Source: Macrostomum hystrix
Taxonomy: Eukaryota; Animalia; Platyhelminthes
Direction: 5' to 3'
DNA length: 64,000 nucleotides
Assembly: GCA_950097015.1 (NCBI GenBank)
Contig: CATNEN010000001.1
Location: forward strand, 25,482,001 to 25,546,000
In this document: positions 13,953 through 26,419 of the stretch, piece after piece
Position numbering within the stretch: the stretch's first letter is position 1
Layout of the letters: the number at the start of each line of letters is the position of its first letter
Notes under the pieces: generated by a model
Told to the model about the DNA's origin: nothing
Database searches by the model: none
What the model saw: only the letters and a program-made list of their open reading frames with translations
Translations under genes and position numbers: made by a program

Positions 13953-14906
13953 GTAACTATCGATCATTGCCATCTTAGTTATTTTTGTACTTCGTGGAGT
14001 AACGGGGCAAGCGTTACTTTTAAATGAAGATATCGATCCCCATCATTGAGCAGCGCGCCCATCACTGATTAAGAATGAACACAGCATTTATTTCTTTCTA
14101 CAAGTGCAAATCATGCTTTCCTGTTTGTGGTGAATATAGCGTTCATATATATTTTCCGATGTTCCTAGCCTCTTACAGCTTTTAAAGTATTCAGACGGAA
14201 TCGTTTACCCTTTTACATATGAATATTCTCCTGGCTTCAATGCGCGTCCCCACAGCGTAAAACAACTTTTGCTGCCTTGTAGTTTCATTTATCTTTTCTG
14301 ACCCGCTTTTATGTGTGCGATACTTTTGCCTCAGCCATTGCATTACGCTGGCTTGCTGTATTCTCATGACAGGATCGTATCTACTATACCTTTTTGCGAT
14401 TGAATTCATCCAAACTCACAAAACAATTCATCCAGTATGGGCTGGTGACTGGGCATCGCAGTCAGTCTCTGCCATAGACACCAGCGTTCCCGCAAAACGA
14501 TTCATCCAGTCTGCGAATGGATTGGATATGGATTGTCATCTTGTCATTGTCTGTTTGACAAGATAGATGTGCTTAGCGTAACTGGTATCCGTTCAAAAAT
14601 GTAGCTTTAGTAGCTTCAAAATACAATAAAACCGCAAAACATTTTGCGCGTGATAGTCATCGTTCGTCGGCTTAAGCATATACATGTAGCATATGGCATT
14701 CAGCATATAGCTCGTAATATTCATTTTAGCCGCAATGCATTCCACTTGAAAGAAGTCACATTTACGATCTTATTTTACAGCTGCTTGTGCTTGATTAAAA
14801 GCACAATTTTTTGCTCCTGAAATCACTGCTTCGCAAAGGCTATAAGGCAAAATGCCAAAACAGCTTGCATTTGAGTCTTGCGAATGAAAACAAGAGATGG
14901 CATGCA

Positions 14907-16064
14907 TTAAACCCGTCTCGAGCGCAAAATTCGGGCAGTACAGCTGGTTTGCACGCTAGCCCCACTCCATGGATTGCAAAGTGTTCCCTTCTTCGTCGTT
15001 TTCCTTTTCGGTACAGTCTCTAGTTCCCTCTGCATTTGAGCTTCCGGCTCTCCCTCGTCGGAACTGCCATCTTCACATCGATGAACCTTGGAAGCTGCTG
15101 CAGGCAGAGATCCTTCCTGCTTCCTTCGGCGTATGCCTTCGTCCAGCTGCTGTTGCATGTCCTGCTGCATCTGCCGCATGCCTTCGTCCAGCTGCTGTTG
15201 CATGTCCTGCTGCATCTGCCGCATGCCTTCGTCCAGCTGCTGTTGCATGTCCTGCTGCATCTGCCGCATGCCTTCGTCCAGCTGCTGTTGCATGTCCTGC
15301 TGCATCTGCCGCAGGCCTTCGTCCAGCTGCTGTTGCATCTGTCGCATGCCTTCGTCAGTCTGCACAATCTGCTGCTGCTTCTCGGCTTGCTTCGGTGAAC
15401 CATCGATTTGAGTACCAATGCCGCCATCTGAAGCAGTCACTCGCAAATCCACTTGTTTCAGCAGTAAGTTGTGAAAGACATCGTCTTCCATATGGCGAAG
15501 TTTCAGTGAATGCCACCAGAGTCCGCGAACCGGACTGCCAGATCCGCCTGATACCGGAAGCCAGCATAGAGCCTGTGAAGGAGCGCATTATTTAGACAGT
15601 CACTCTCAATTGTAAAAAGGTGAATAAAATACTGATGCATAAATATATCAATCATTTATGTTCTGCTTGCTACGATTGTTCCAATAAAACAGAACTACAA
15701 AAACCAGAATACCGATTGCAATAACATAGGTCTATTAGAATAGAAGAAGAACTGGACCAAGAGTACACTAGAACATACGTTTCTATAATAAAAGAATGCA
15801 TACATTTCATTGAACACTAAAGTGACTTACAGCATGATCAGACCTCCAGTAGTACGATTTTGAATGGCCACTAGTCCCATAATGGCTGTTCTTAAGGCAG
15901 TCGCAAAGCCGGAGCCTGGCAAGAGATGGAGGACAGTTGTCTAGATCAACCCACGAAGCGAACGAACCCGCAGGACAGACGTAGGAGCTTCCTAGAGGAG
16001 CCAATTGTACAAAAACCTCAGACTCCAAAGGTTGCCTACATAAAATGCGACTGACAAGCGCCAT
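14907..16064 (-). CDS. Putative two-exon orphan gene (~299 aa) with 14-aa coiled-coil repeats, inside the foldback element; exons 16064-15831 and 15572-14907
   Basis: ATG at 16064; donor GCT|GTAAGT; acceptor CCTTCACAG|GCT. Both junctions are phase 0 and the joined frame is open. A 42-bp repeat encodes QQQLDEGMRQMQQD. No family recognised. Confidence 0.45.
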
Positions 16065-16166
16065 GGAACAAATCGAACTGAAAAAAGTGAGGAATGAGGA
16101 AACGTTACAAAAGCACGCGTCTCATGTTTAAAGGCACATTACGGCAAGGAACAAGCTCGAGAGACG

Positions 16167-17135
16167 GCATGGCTAGGCATGGTTGGGCATGGCTAGGCAT
16201 GGTTGGGCATGGCTAGGCATGGTTAGACATTGTAGGGCATGGTTTGGCATGGCTGGGCATGGCTGGGCATGGTTAGACATTGTAGGGCATTGCAAGGCAT
16301 GGCTGGGCATGGTTAGACATTTTAGGGCATGGTTGGGCATGGTTGGGCATGGCTGGGCATTGCTAGGCATGGCTGGGCATGGTTAGACATTGTAGGGCAT
16401 GGTTGGGCATGGCTGGGAATAGTTGGGCATGGTTGGGCATAGCTGGGAATAGTTGGGCATGGTTGGGCATGGCAGGTATAGCTAGGCATGGTTAGACATT
16501 GCTGGGCATGGCATGTAAAGCTACGTATGGTTAGACATTGCTGGGCATAGTTTGGCAAGCCTGGGCATGGTTTGGCAAGCCTGGGCATGGCTGGGCATGG
16601 TTGGGCATGGCTGGGAATAGTTGGGCATGGTTGGGCATGGCTGTGAATAGTTGGGCATGGTTGGGCATGGCTGTGAATAGTTGGGCATGGTTGGGCATGG
16701 CTGGGAATAGTTGGGCATGGTTGGGCATGGCTGTGAATAGTTGGGCATGGTTGGGCATGGCTGTGAATAGTTGGGCATGGTTGGGCATGGCTGTGAATAG
16801 TTGGGCATGGTTGGGCATGGCTGGGAATAGTTGGGCATGGTTGGGCATGGCTGTGAATAGTTGGGCATGGTTGGGCATGGCTGGGAATAGTTGGGCATGG
16901 TTGGGCATGGCTGGGAATAGTTGGGCATGGTTGGGCATGGCTGGGAATAGTTGGGCATGGTTGGGCATGGCTGGGAATAGTTGGGCATGGTTGGGCATGG
17001 CTAGACATGGTTATACATTGTAGGGCATTGCTAGGCATTGCTGGGCATGGCTAGGCATAGTTTGGCATGGCTTGGCTTTGCTGGGCATGGCTAGGCCTAG
17101 ACATTATTATATATTGCTAGGCATAGCTGACATGG
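16167..17135 (-). repeat. 10-bp-unit array in right arm of foldback element
   Basis: Reverse complement of the 10490-12180 array, with different copy number. Confidence 0.92.
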
Positions 17136-18894
17136 CTAGACAAGATAATCATGGTTTATCAAAAACAATAGCAAATATAGCAATACATTTCTATGAACTT
17201 GAAAGACAAAATTTTGATGTGACAATATAAGCTAGAATATAGAATTTAGAAGTAGCTAATCATTTATTGAACCCAAATATAAGTAAATTGAATAAATTAT
17301 ATAAACCAAATTGTGGAATCTAAATAGAGTAAACAAATAATGAATGATAGATATTTTGTCTTTTTTAGCATGTCAGTCTATACATTTTTTAGAGAAGTTA
17401 ACAAACAAATAGACAATTTCCTTTTTCCCTATGTGAGTATACAATAATGTTAAATAATAAATATGCTTAATATTATATAATATCATATCAAGTTGGCTTT
17501 CTATATATATACTCAATGAAATATGTTTGAGGAATACAATTATATTAAAATTGTCATAACTAGCTCTACAGTATTCTAAGTCTAAGTACAACATTCTTTT
17601 TTCTAGGATTTTTTCATAGCCATCTTAATCCTGCTTTAGCTAGCTATATAGCTAAGCATAGGCATAGCTATCTTTTGTTCAAAAGCAAAAAATCAGATGA
17701 GAAACTTTAAGAAAGTTTTTTCCTCTATTTCATTTCCATAGCCATATAGGGTTAGAACTCTTCTCTCCCCCCACAAGTGTAGGTCTATGTATAACTAGGT
17801 CTAGCTATACACTGCATAACACTATACTCTTGACAGTCTTTGCACATAAATTAAACCACAAAAGGGTATATACTATTGTTGAAAGTAATATTCTAATAGA
17901 GCTTCACTTCGAATCCTAAGTGTTGAGGGTTTCACACCACGTGGGGTACGACAAGTTCGTTGAAAACTTTAGCTGCAGTTTGAATATTTCACGACAAACG
18001 ATCCTTGAAGACATCTATAGATTATAGGGACGTTACATAGTTTTTAGCAATTTGCCTAGACTAATAGCAAGTACTCTTAAATATTGTGGCACAGTTACTT
18101 CTTGCGCTAATAAAGCGAAAAATATGTATTGTGTGCCATTTTAGCCGCTCTGTGCAGCGTGGTAAGTCCAGCAATAAAATGACTGGCGTAAAGCCGTAAA
18201 AGTACTTTATTACTTCCTACATGCTTAGACAGAGCGGCACAAACCCTGGGTAGTGTGACACAAGAAGAACCTGTTATGCTTCTCTTAAAAATAAAAACGG
18301 CACACATTTTCCTCATTGCGTCACGGAGTGGGAGACCAGCAATAGCTCCAGCAATAAAAAAAACAAATTTCGCCGCTCTGGATCCAAGCGACCTGTCTTG
18401 GAGGCCTCAATTCTTCGTGGCACAGAATCTGTGGGTCAAAATAAATAAAATTCATTCATTTCCAGCAGTGGCACACCAAGTTTTCAAAAGTCTATTGCTG
18501 GCCCTATTGCTGGCGACCGGGGAGTCACATGGGATAAAATTAAGCATCTGTCTTTAGTTCTGTATTTTTAATGCTTAATGCAAATGGTTCTTTTAACTGA
18601 ACGATCCACTTAAAAAATAAATATGTGGTAATTTTTTAAACGATTTTGCTAGTGCATTTAAACAATTATGCATTACACAATGAATTTGTTTCCAAGAAAT
18701 TATTATAAGTAGTGTAAGTTGTAAAATATTTGAAAGCTGGTAATGTGTCTGTGTATATTTCTTAGAATTATATATTATTTTTGTTTATCTTGCTACAAAA
18801 TGATTGTCTACTTGTACATTAGTTATTTATTGAATATTATATCAACTTTGGTAGCCCTAGTAACCCTAGAGCTGTCTCACCTGGGATCTTCCAG

Positions 18895-20976
18895 TGCGCG
18901 AGCAGACGCTGTACCTGAAGGCTGATCGACCGCTGCGGCCGGGCGATCGACTCACCACTCGACTGACCAGCAGCGACGATGCCGACGAAGAAATGACCGC
19001 CGCCGACAATGCCGAGGCTGCTGATCCGCAGGAACTCCAGTAGGTCCGCGTAGAAGACGACGATTGCGATGATGACGAGTCCGCGGTGCGTCCTGAAGCA
19101 GCCGAGCCGCGGAAGAGAGCGGCGAGCGTCGACGCCTGCGGCTCCGACAGTCGGCTGGCCAAGACGCCGCGCCTGCAGACGGGCCGCGCCCAGCAGGCCG
19201 AAGCCGCCGTCCGCTCTCGGATCCGCAGCTGCGCCAGGTGCGGCCTGTACTTCACCTCGGCCTGGATGCTGCGCACCCACCGCCAGTTCCACGGCCTGTT
19301 CGACAGCGGCGCAGCCGCCCAGCTGCGGAGACGGCGGCGACGACCGCTGCGCGACAGTCGGCCGGAGCTGGTGCTGGCGGCTCCCGTGCTCAGTGACTGG
19401 GGCAGCATCTCCTACGTGCCAGTCAGCCCAGCGCAGTACTCGACTGAGGCTCCGCAGCGGCTGCAGCTGCGGCAGCGAAGGCGGCAGCAGCAGCAGCTGG
19501 AGGAGCAACCGATGATGGAGCAGCAGGAAGCTGGCTCGGATGTTAGCGGGTGAGTATCTGTGCAAATACAATCTCTCTTATCAGTGGCTTCAGTTTCTCG
19601 CACCGCCTCTGATCTCTGAAACCCGCGATTCTCTGAAACCCAGCAGCGGCTGCTCGCCAGATCTGCCATCTGAGACCGCGGCGCTGGACCTGACCCTGCC
19701 CAGAGCGCCGTCTCCTCCGAGGAGCACCGTCAGTGCGGGACCATTGTCCAGAGCGGCCCCTAGCCTTCAGCAGCAGCAGCAGCCCAGGCAGCGCAGCCGG
19801 CCGCCAGTCGACGGCCTCGACCAGCAGAGCCGCCCGGGCCCAGAGCAGTCGCCGAGTCCGAGGAAATCTCAGCCTTCGGCCGGCCCCGTGTCCAGCCTGA
19901 TGAGTGTGTGCAAGGACTGCAAGATCGGCTTCTTCAACTACAACAACTACGTTGTGCACCGCTCTCTATACTGCCAGAGCAGCCGCTTGGCTCAGGGGGC
20001 TGGCACACCCGGCAACTCGGCCCGCACAGCCAAGCTGCCACTGCAGCAGCAGCAGCAGCCAGCCAGCCATCCAGACAAAACTGCGCCCTCCAACACGGCC
20101 ACCAACACTCTGCCATCGACTGCCGCAGCTCCAGCTGCTGCTGCTGCTGCTTCTGCAGCCTCTGCATCGACTGCCGACAGTTCGGCATCGTCAGCTGCCG
20201 CCACCGGCGACGCGGCAGGGTCCGGCTGCAGTCAGCCGTCCTGGCTGCCGATCTCTCTGGACGTCGGTGGAAGCGGAGCCGGCGGCTACAAGTGCTCCAT
20301 CTGCGGCTACATCGGCCAGACTGAGCGCGGCATGAAGACGCACGCCAAGGTGCACTGCGGCTTCGGCGGCGGCAGCGGCCTCGGCACCGTGGCGGCTCCC
20401 AGCGGCGGCAGCTCTTCCTCAGCGCTGTCCCCATCGGAGACTTCAACAGGCGACGGCATCCGGCTGCCGAACGCCTTCGCCGGCGACCTGCTGTGCAGCA
20501 TGAGCCCAGAGGAGCTCGGCATGCTGCAGCACAAAACACAGCCCTACAGCAAGCGGAGAACTTTTAAACGAGTGGCGCCGCCACTGGCGCAGCAGCAGCA
20601 GCAGACACTCCAGCTGCCACTGTCGCTTCACCCGGAGCTGCTCCGACATCAGCTCCAACAGCTGCATCAGCAGCACCAGCTGGCCATCTCTGCTGCCGGA
20701 GCCAGCACCGCAGCCGCTGCTGCTGCGGCCGTTGCTGGAGCTGGCTTTCGACTGAGCCGATGCGGCAGAGACAGCGAAGACGCTCAGCAGCAGCAGCAGC
20801 TGGATCAGCTGGTCTGTGTTCGCTGCGGCGAGTCATTTGAACAGCTGGAGTCCCTGCTGGAGCATCAGGAGACCGCCTGCGCCGGCCTGAGCACCACTGC
20901 CGCGGCTGCCGTAGAAGCGGCGGCTGCAGCCGTCAAGCTGGAGGTGCGGGCAGCTGACAGCCTTGGCAGAGTTTAG
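18895..20976 (+). CDS. ush: U-shaped/FOG (ZFPM)-like zinc-finger transcription cofactor, last two exons (18895-19549, 19644-20976); possibly pseudogenised (in-frame TAG at 19041-19043)
   Basis: FOG-type CCHC finger CKDCKIGFFNYNNYVVHRSLYC; C2H2 fingers CARCGLYFTSAWMLRTHRQFH and YKCSICGYIGQTERGMKTHAKVH (ush-like); C-terminal CCHC CVRC...HQETAC; ALDLT, resembling the PxDLS CtBP motif; PR/SET C-terminal-like LYLKADRPLRPGDRLT. The GTGAGT...CCCAG intron 19550-19643 joins the frames (phase 2). Confidence 0.65.
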
Positions 20977-21329
20977 TGGATGCGGCTCAACATTATCTAT
21001 GCGTAATATACTACTGCCCTTCTCTATGATGCCATTTCAATACATCAATGGGCTGCAGATGGGATTCGAATACAACCTTTGAATGCTTCTGTGACTGGGA
21101 ATCAGGATTCTTCGAATCATGGGAATCTGACGACAGGGGATTCTGTGAATCATGGGGATTGGGGAAAGATTGGATTCTGTGAATCATGGGGATTGGGGAA
21201 AGATGGGATTCTTTTAATTATGGAAATTGGTTAAAATGGGATTCTATGAATCATTGGGATTAGGAAAAGATGAATTTTTTAAAATATATTTTCATCCCAC
21301 CCGCAGTCCAGTAGGACATGAGTTTAAAC

Positions 21330-21335
21330 AATAAA
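21330..21335 (+). promoter_or_regulatory. Candidate polyadenylation signal of the zinc-finger gene
   Basis: AATAAA about 350 bp after the stop codon, conserved in the duplicate near 47811. Confidence 0.35.
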
Positions 21336-21639
21336 CAATTTCAAATTTAGATTCTGAAGACTTATATTGTTTACCCAAGTGACACACCCGCCAATTACAA
21401 TTTACTGCACAGTGAATACACTTTGAATTGCTTAAAAATTATTGTGCTTCAAATGGCAGAAAAATCTGTACATCAATACTTGTGAGTAGTATGTGATATG
21501 CAAATATATTCATTGTTGCCATGGCAACCAAATTTGCAAAGCTGCTCCAATCACGGACAGCAATCACGCATATAAACTATTTGTGATTATTGTGTTCTAG
21601 TCTTCTGTCTGATCTATTTTTAGATTTAACTCATGTTTT

Positions 21640-22395
21640 TATGTCACTCTCTCATATCTTCTGTCACCCTCTCATATCTTCTGTCACTCTCTCATATCTT
21701 CTGTCACCCTCTCATATCTTCTGTCACTCTCTCATATCTTCTGTCACTCTCTCATATCTTCTGTCACTCTCTCATATCTTCTGTCACTCTCTCATATCTT
21801 CTGTCACCCTCTCATATCTTCTGTCACTCTCATATCTTCTGTCACTCTCATATCTTCTGTCACTCTCTCATATCTTCTGTCACTCTCTCATATCTTCTGT
21901 CACTCTCTCATATCTTCTGTCACTCTCTCATATCTTCTGTCACTCTCTAATTTCTTCTGTCACCCTCTCATATCTTCTGTCACTCTCTCATATCTTCTGT
22001 CACCCTCTCATATCTTCTGTCACTCTCTCATATCTTCTGTCACTCTCTCATATCTTCTGTCACTCTCTCATATCTTCTGTCACCCTCTCATATCTTCTGT
22101 CACTCTCATATCTTCTGTCACTCTTATTTCTTCTGTCACTCTCTCATATCTTCTGTCACTCTCTCATGTCTTCTGTCACTCTCTCATATCTTCTGTCACC
22201 CTCTTATATCTTCTGTCACTCTCATATCTTCTGTCACTCTCATATCTTCTGTCACTCTCTCATATCTTCTGTCACTCTCTCATATCTTCTGTCACTCTCT
22301 CATATCTTCTGTCACTCTCATTTCTTCTGTCACTCTCTCATATCTTCTGTCACTCTCTCATATCTTCTATCACTCTCTCATATCTTCTATCACTC
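21640..22395. repeat. 20-bp minisatellite CTGTCACTCTCTCATATCTT
   Basis: About 38 units; the paralogous array at 48122-49612 is twice as long. Confidence 0.93.
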
Positions 22396-22692
22396 GATCC
22401 CATCGACTTGTCCCTTCAGCAAACACATTGGCAATGAATTAACAGCTCAACAACATAACATAGACGGTGGCAGTGCCAGAGCATTCGGCTGCATCTTCAG
22501 CAACGGTGGAGGAGTCAGGAAGTGACAAATTTCAATGCGCGATTCACACTACTCGAACGCTTGGTTGTTAGTAGCATAAAACGCATACGCCATGCAGAAA
22601 TGAGATCAGACTCACTCACCGCTTCTCCATTTCTAGTGAGCACAGACAGGCTGGATTTCACTCCAATGCTGGAGAATTCTCCGAATGGCGAC

Positions 22693-23272
22693 TTACTTAC
22701 TTTGCAGGGGGGCCTGGGGCACTTGACGCACAAACACAGGAACGGCATGCCCCCAGGCCGGCGAACTAGGCGAGAGCCGCCCATCGCGCCGCCTCCCCTG
22801 AGCAGGCACCTCACACACACAGCAGCAAGCCAAGCGGGGAAGGGGGCGGCAGCCGGAGTGCCTCCCACCCCAGGCCCGCACACGCACAGAGCAGACCAAG
22901 CCGGGGCGGAAGGCTGATAGAAATCAGTCCTCAGGGGGGGGCGGGTGACGAGTGTACACTTTATCCAATCGCGCTGACGGAAATCCAGATGAGCGCGCGG
23001 CGGTGTACACCCGCCCCCCAGCCACCCCCCGCAAGGTCTAACGCCCCAGCGCCAACGCACAAACTCATACAACGCAGAACAGGCACACAGAAAGGAAGGA
23101 GCAAAGCTATTTTTCAAGCTTTGATTGCACGAAAAAAGGTGCACCTCCGCCGGTCGCTACTGTCCAAACCCCCCAACAAGTACCGAAATTAATCGTGACC
23201 TGAAGGGTGAATCGAACTAGCGTCCTTTGGAGTGCGAGGCAGCGACGTTAGCCGCTGACCCCCCTCGCCCCC
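22693..23272 (-). mobile_element. tRNA-derived SINE (580 bp) with 14-bp TSD
   Basis: TSD CTCCGAATGGCGAC at 22679-22692 and 23273-23286. The minus-strand head GGGGCGAGGGGGGTCAGCGGCTAACG...GTTCGATTC is A/B-box-like, and there is a (GTAA)n tail. The paralogous site near 49896 is empty. Confidence 0.8.
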
Positions 23273-25164
23273 CTCCGAATGGCGACACTGCTCCAGCTGA
23301 TGAAGCTAGAGAGTCTGTGCATAACATGGTTGCGAATTTCATTTCTGAAGGAATTTCATTGATTAGTTTTAACCACTTCAGTAAACCAATTAAGTCGACA
23401 ATCCTTACCATTTAGAGATCTTCAGCTCAGTGCACCCAAGCTGCAATAAATCTGATGTAACCGGGGGATGGAACAATGCGAGCGCTGGAAATCCCACGGG
23501 CTGATCCCAAGGTGGAAGGGGATCAGTCAGGCCTTACTCCCCAGTGGCACCCGCCCTAGTGATCGGTTGGTAGCTGCATGGTTTGTGGTCCGATTGCTCC
23601 GATTGGTGGGCTTTTCGAGGGAAAATTAAAGGCGGTGACTCAACGAGTAACGTGATTTTATAACCCAGACTGGCCGCTGACTTACAATTCTATGGGGAAA
23701 ACTGGCAGATAATGCCAGTGATCAAAAGAGCAAAATTACACTCCAAGGCCTTGGGGTGTAATTATAATTATAAGTATAGATACTTCAAATCTGTGTTATG
23801 GAAAATAAATTTTCAGTGCACAATCTACTCAGATGTAACTTACCATTAATAATTTTACTTTGCTTGAAACGTCATTATATTTTTAATTCGCATTTAAAAT
23901 ATGTCGTGCAGAATAGAACTGGGAACTGAAAACCCGGTCACGTTTCTCAGTCTAATCAGGTTGGATGGATTCGAACTAAGATTTTGAAATCGTTACTGAG
24001 TTTCCAGGGTTCGAAACAGTATAACTCTTTAGAGTAGTATAGAACGATAAAATGCTAACTAGAAATAGTAATTAATGAGTAAATACTATCATGAAGTTTT
24101 TTAAAAACTATTAAGGAATCGATTGCAATCGTAGAAACGAATTCTATAGAATGAACTTTTTTCTTTGAACTTCGGCGTGTCTGTAAGAAAGCCTAACTGC
24201 AGTTCAGGAATTGGCGCTGTTTAGGCTCAACTTCTTTTTCGGCGGCAGACTGAAAAGGGCAGGCCTACCGCTCAGTCGCTCAAAGACTTGCTAAACCCAA
24301 GGGATATAGTGCCTTTAATTTACAGCTACTCAATATAATTATAGGCCCTTTTTGTAATTTGCTCAATGCTCAATAAAAATGTTTTTTTTTGTGTTTGTCA
24401 CGATGTCTAATACACACCAAATATTGCCTTGTATTTGTCCTTAACTTCTTTAAAGTTAGAATTTGAGAGTCTTGACAATCAAGTAAGAATTTGATTGAGG
24501 AGTTGAAATAAGGGTTTGGAGCCAGGGGGCTTGGGGCACAGGGACAGGGTCAGGGAGATTATGATACAGTAGAATATTTCAATTTTCTGTAATGTAGCAA
24601 TTTTTTATTCGTTAAACATTTCTAAAATTTAAATCTGGGATACAGAATCTGGTTTAATTTTTCTAATAAAAAAATCTGAGAGTGATTGTAAAGCTATATT
24701 CCGATATATAGTCAGTTCAGTTAGATATTGAAATAAATGGGCCTATTTATTTAATTAGCTATATATTATGTCTAATTTCTGAATCTTATTAAATGTTTGT
24801 TAGTAAATTTCAGTACTTACACTTAGAGTACACTAAGTTTAAAACACTATATGCACCTACAAATAACCACCAAATTTAGTAAGTTTAATTAGTAATTTAG
24901 TAAATATATTTCTTATTATAGCAATATATCTAGTTCTATATTCTAAATTGTGTGTAGTTTGTTTTTGTTGACCTAATCTGATAGACAAGAAAAATAAAAA
25001 GCTAAGGTGTCAAACAATTGCTGACTGACTTTCAACATCCTTAAGTTAATATTATCAGGCACATTATAATTATAAGTTATATTGCATAGTTTCAACAGTT
25101 AACACTTGAGTTATAATGTAGTTGACCCAGTCTAGTTAGCTATGGAAGTTGTCATAAGTCTATA

Positions 25165-25550
25165 ACAGTTCTGACAGGTCTGACTAGTGCCCTGCAGCCC
25201 TGCAGTTCTGACTAGAGCCTTGCAGCCCTGCAGTTCTGACTAGAGCCTTGCAGCCCTGCAGTTCTGACTAGAGCCTTGCAGCCCTGCAATTCTGACTAGA
25301 GCCCTGCAGTTCTGACTAGAGCCCTGCAGTTCTGACTAGAGCCCTGCAGCCCTGCAGTTCTGACTAGAGCCCTGCAGCCCTGCAGTTCTGACTAGAGCCC
25401 TGCAGTTCTGACTAGAGCTCTGCAGTTCTGACTAGAGCCCTGCAGTTCTGACTAGAGCCCTGCAGTTCTGACTAGAGCCCTGCAGTTCTGACTAGAGCCC
25501 TGCAGTTCTGACTAGAGCCCTGCAGTTCTGACTAGAGCCCTGCAGCCCTA
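25165..25550. repeat. 20/28-bp tandem repeat GCCCTGCAGTTCTGACTAGA
   Basis: Tandem units visible. Confidence 0.9.
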
Positions 25551-25981
25551 CAATAATTAAAAAATTTTGTTGTCACCCTTGGACCAGGATGAATTATTTG
25601 GTGTCCTTCTGTCATGATTTATCCCACCACTTACAATTCCTGGCTGAACCCTAGCCCTTTAAAAATGGGAGTAATTATTTCTACTAAGAGTAGGCATCCT
25701 GCATCTCTAAATTGAAGCATCATTAAAAGGAATTTATATGCTTACTAGCTTTTTTTGCCCGTTGTTTTTGGGGCAGAAATTTAAAGCAAAGCAGTAAGCA
25801 ATTCACGTCTCTGTATTAACTTTATAGTGAAGGTCACCATTTATTTATTTACTGCATTAATGAAAAGTGAAGAGTTTGTTTAAGGGCGTTTTAAGTAAAA
25901 AATAAGTGAAAAGTTTGTCCAAACAGCCCCCTCTTGATTACTTCTTTAGAAACATGTCTCTTAGCCACTCCTCTATACAGT

Positions 25982-26261
25982 CAGTGGCAGATCCAGGAAT
26001 TTTGTTTTGGGGCGGTCTGTCAGGGGAGCGCCATGAGAATCACAGAGGGGGTGCCAGCGGCCGAAAAAGGGCGCCAGGAGCCAAGAAAGGGCGCCAGCGG
26101 CTGAAAAACGGGAGCCAGCGGCTGAAAAAGGGGCGCCAGCGGCCGAAAAGGGGCGCCAGTGCTGCGACTGGCGCCCCTGGTGGGGGCATCTTATTCCCAT
26201 GATTAAAATTTAGGGGGGGGGGGCGACTGCCCCCCGCCCCCCCCCCCTAAATCTGCCTCTG
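25982..26261. mobile_element. hAT-like MITE (280 bp) nested in the Helitron
   Basis: Imperfect TIRs CAGTGGCAGATCCAG / CTAAATCTGCCTCTG; 8-bp TSD TATACAGT at 25974-25981 and 26262-26269; internal ~20-bp repeats. Confidence 0.8.
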
Positions 26262-26419
26262 TATACAGTATGCATGTACACGCGTATACATAAGGAAAAT
26301 AGCCATGACATAACAATAACAATGTCAAAGAAACAAAATTAAACTGTTTCAGAGTTCAGAGTTAGACAGGTCAAGGTCAATTCGTGACTACTTTTCTATT
26401 AATTGCTTGCGAGTCACCT

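Larger units (their letters stand above)
9102..18525. mobile_element. Foldback-type non-autonomous DNA transposon (~9.4 kb) with >2 kb terminal inverted repeats
   Basis: 9102-~11250 is the near-perfect reverse complement of ~16380-18525 (ACTCCCCGGTCGCCAGCAATAGGG...). The inner part of each arm is a 10-bp-unit tandem array. The flanking direct repeat CACATGGG is at 9094-9101 and 18526-18533; a TSD of 6, 8 or 10 bp is possible because of end ambiguity. No transposase recognised. Confidence 0.85.

Noticed and set aside
18837-19571. 244-aa antisense ORF and other ORFs overlapping the zinc-finger, Gypsy and kinase CDSs
   Set aside because: Shadow ORFs of GC-rich coding sequence.
21590-22525. 311-aa hydrophobic ORF (and ORFs at 48071-49739)
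   Set aside because: Translation of the 20-bp satellite.
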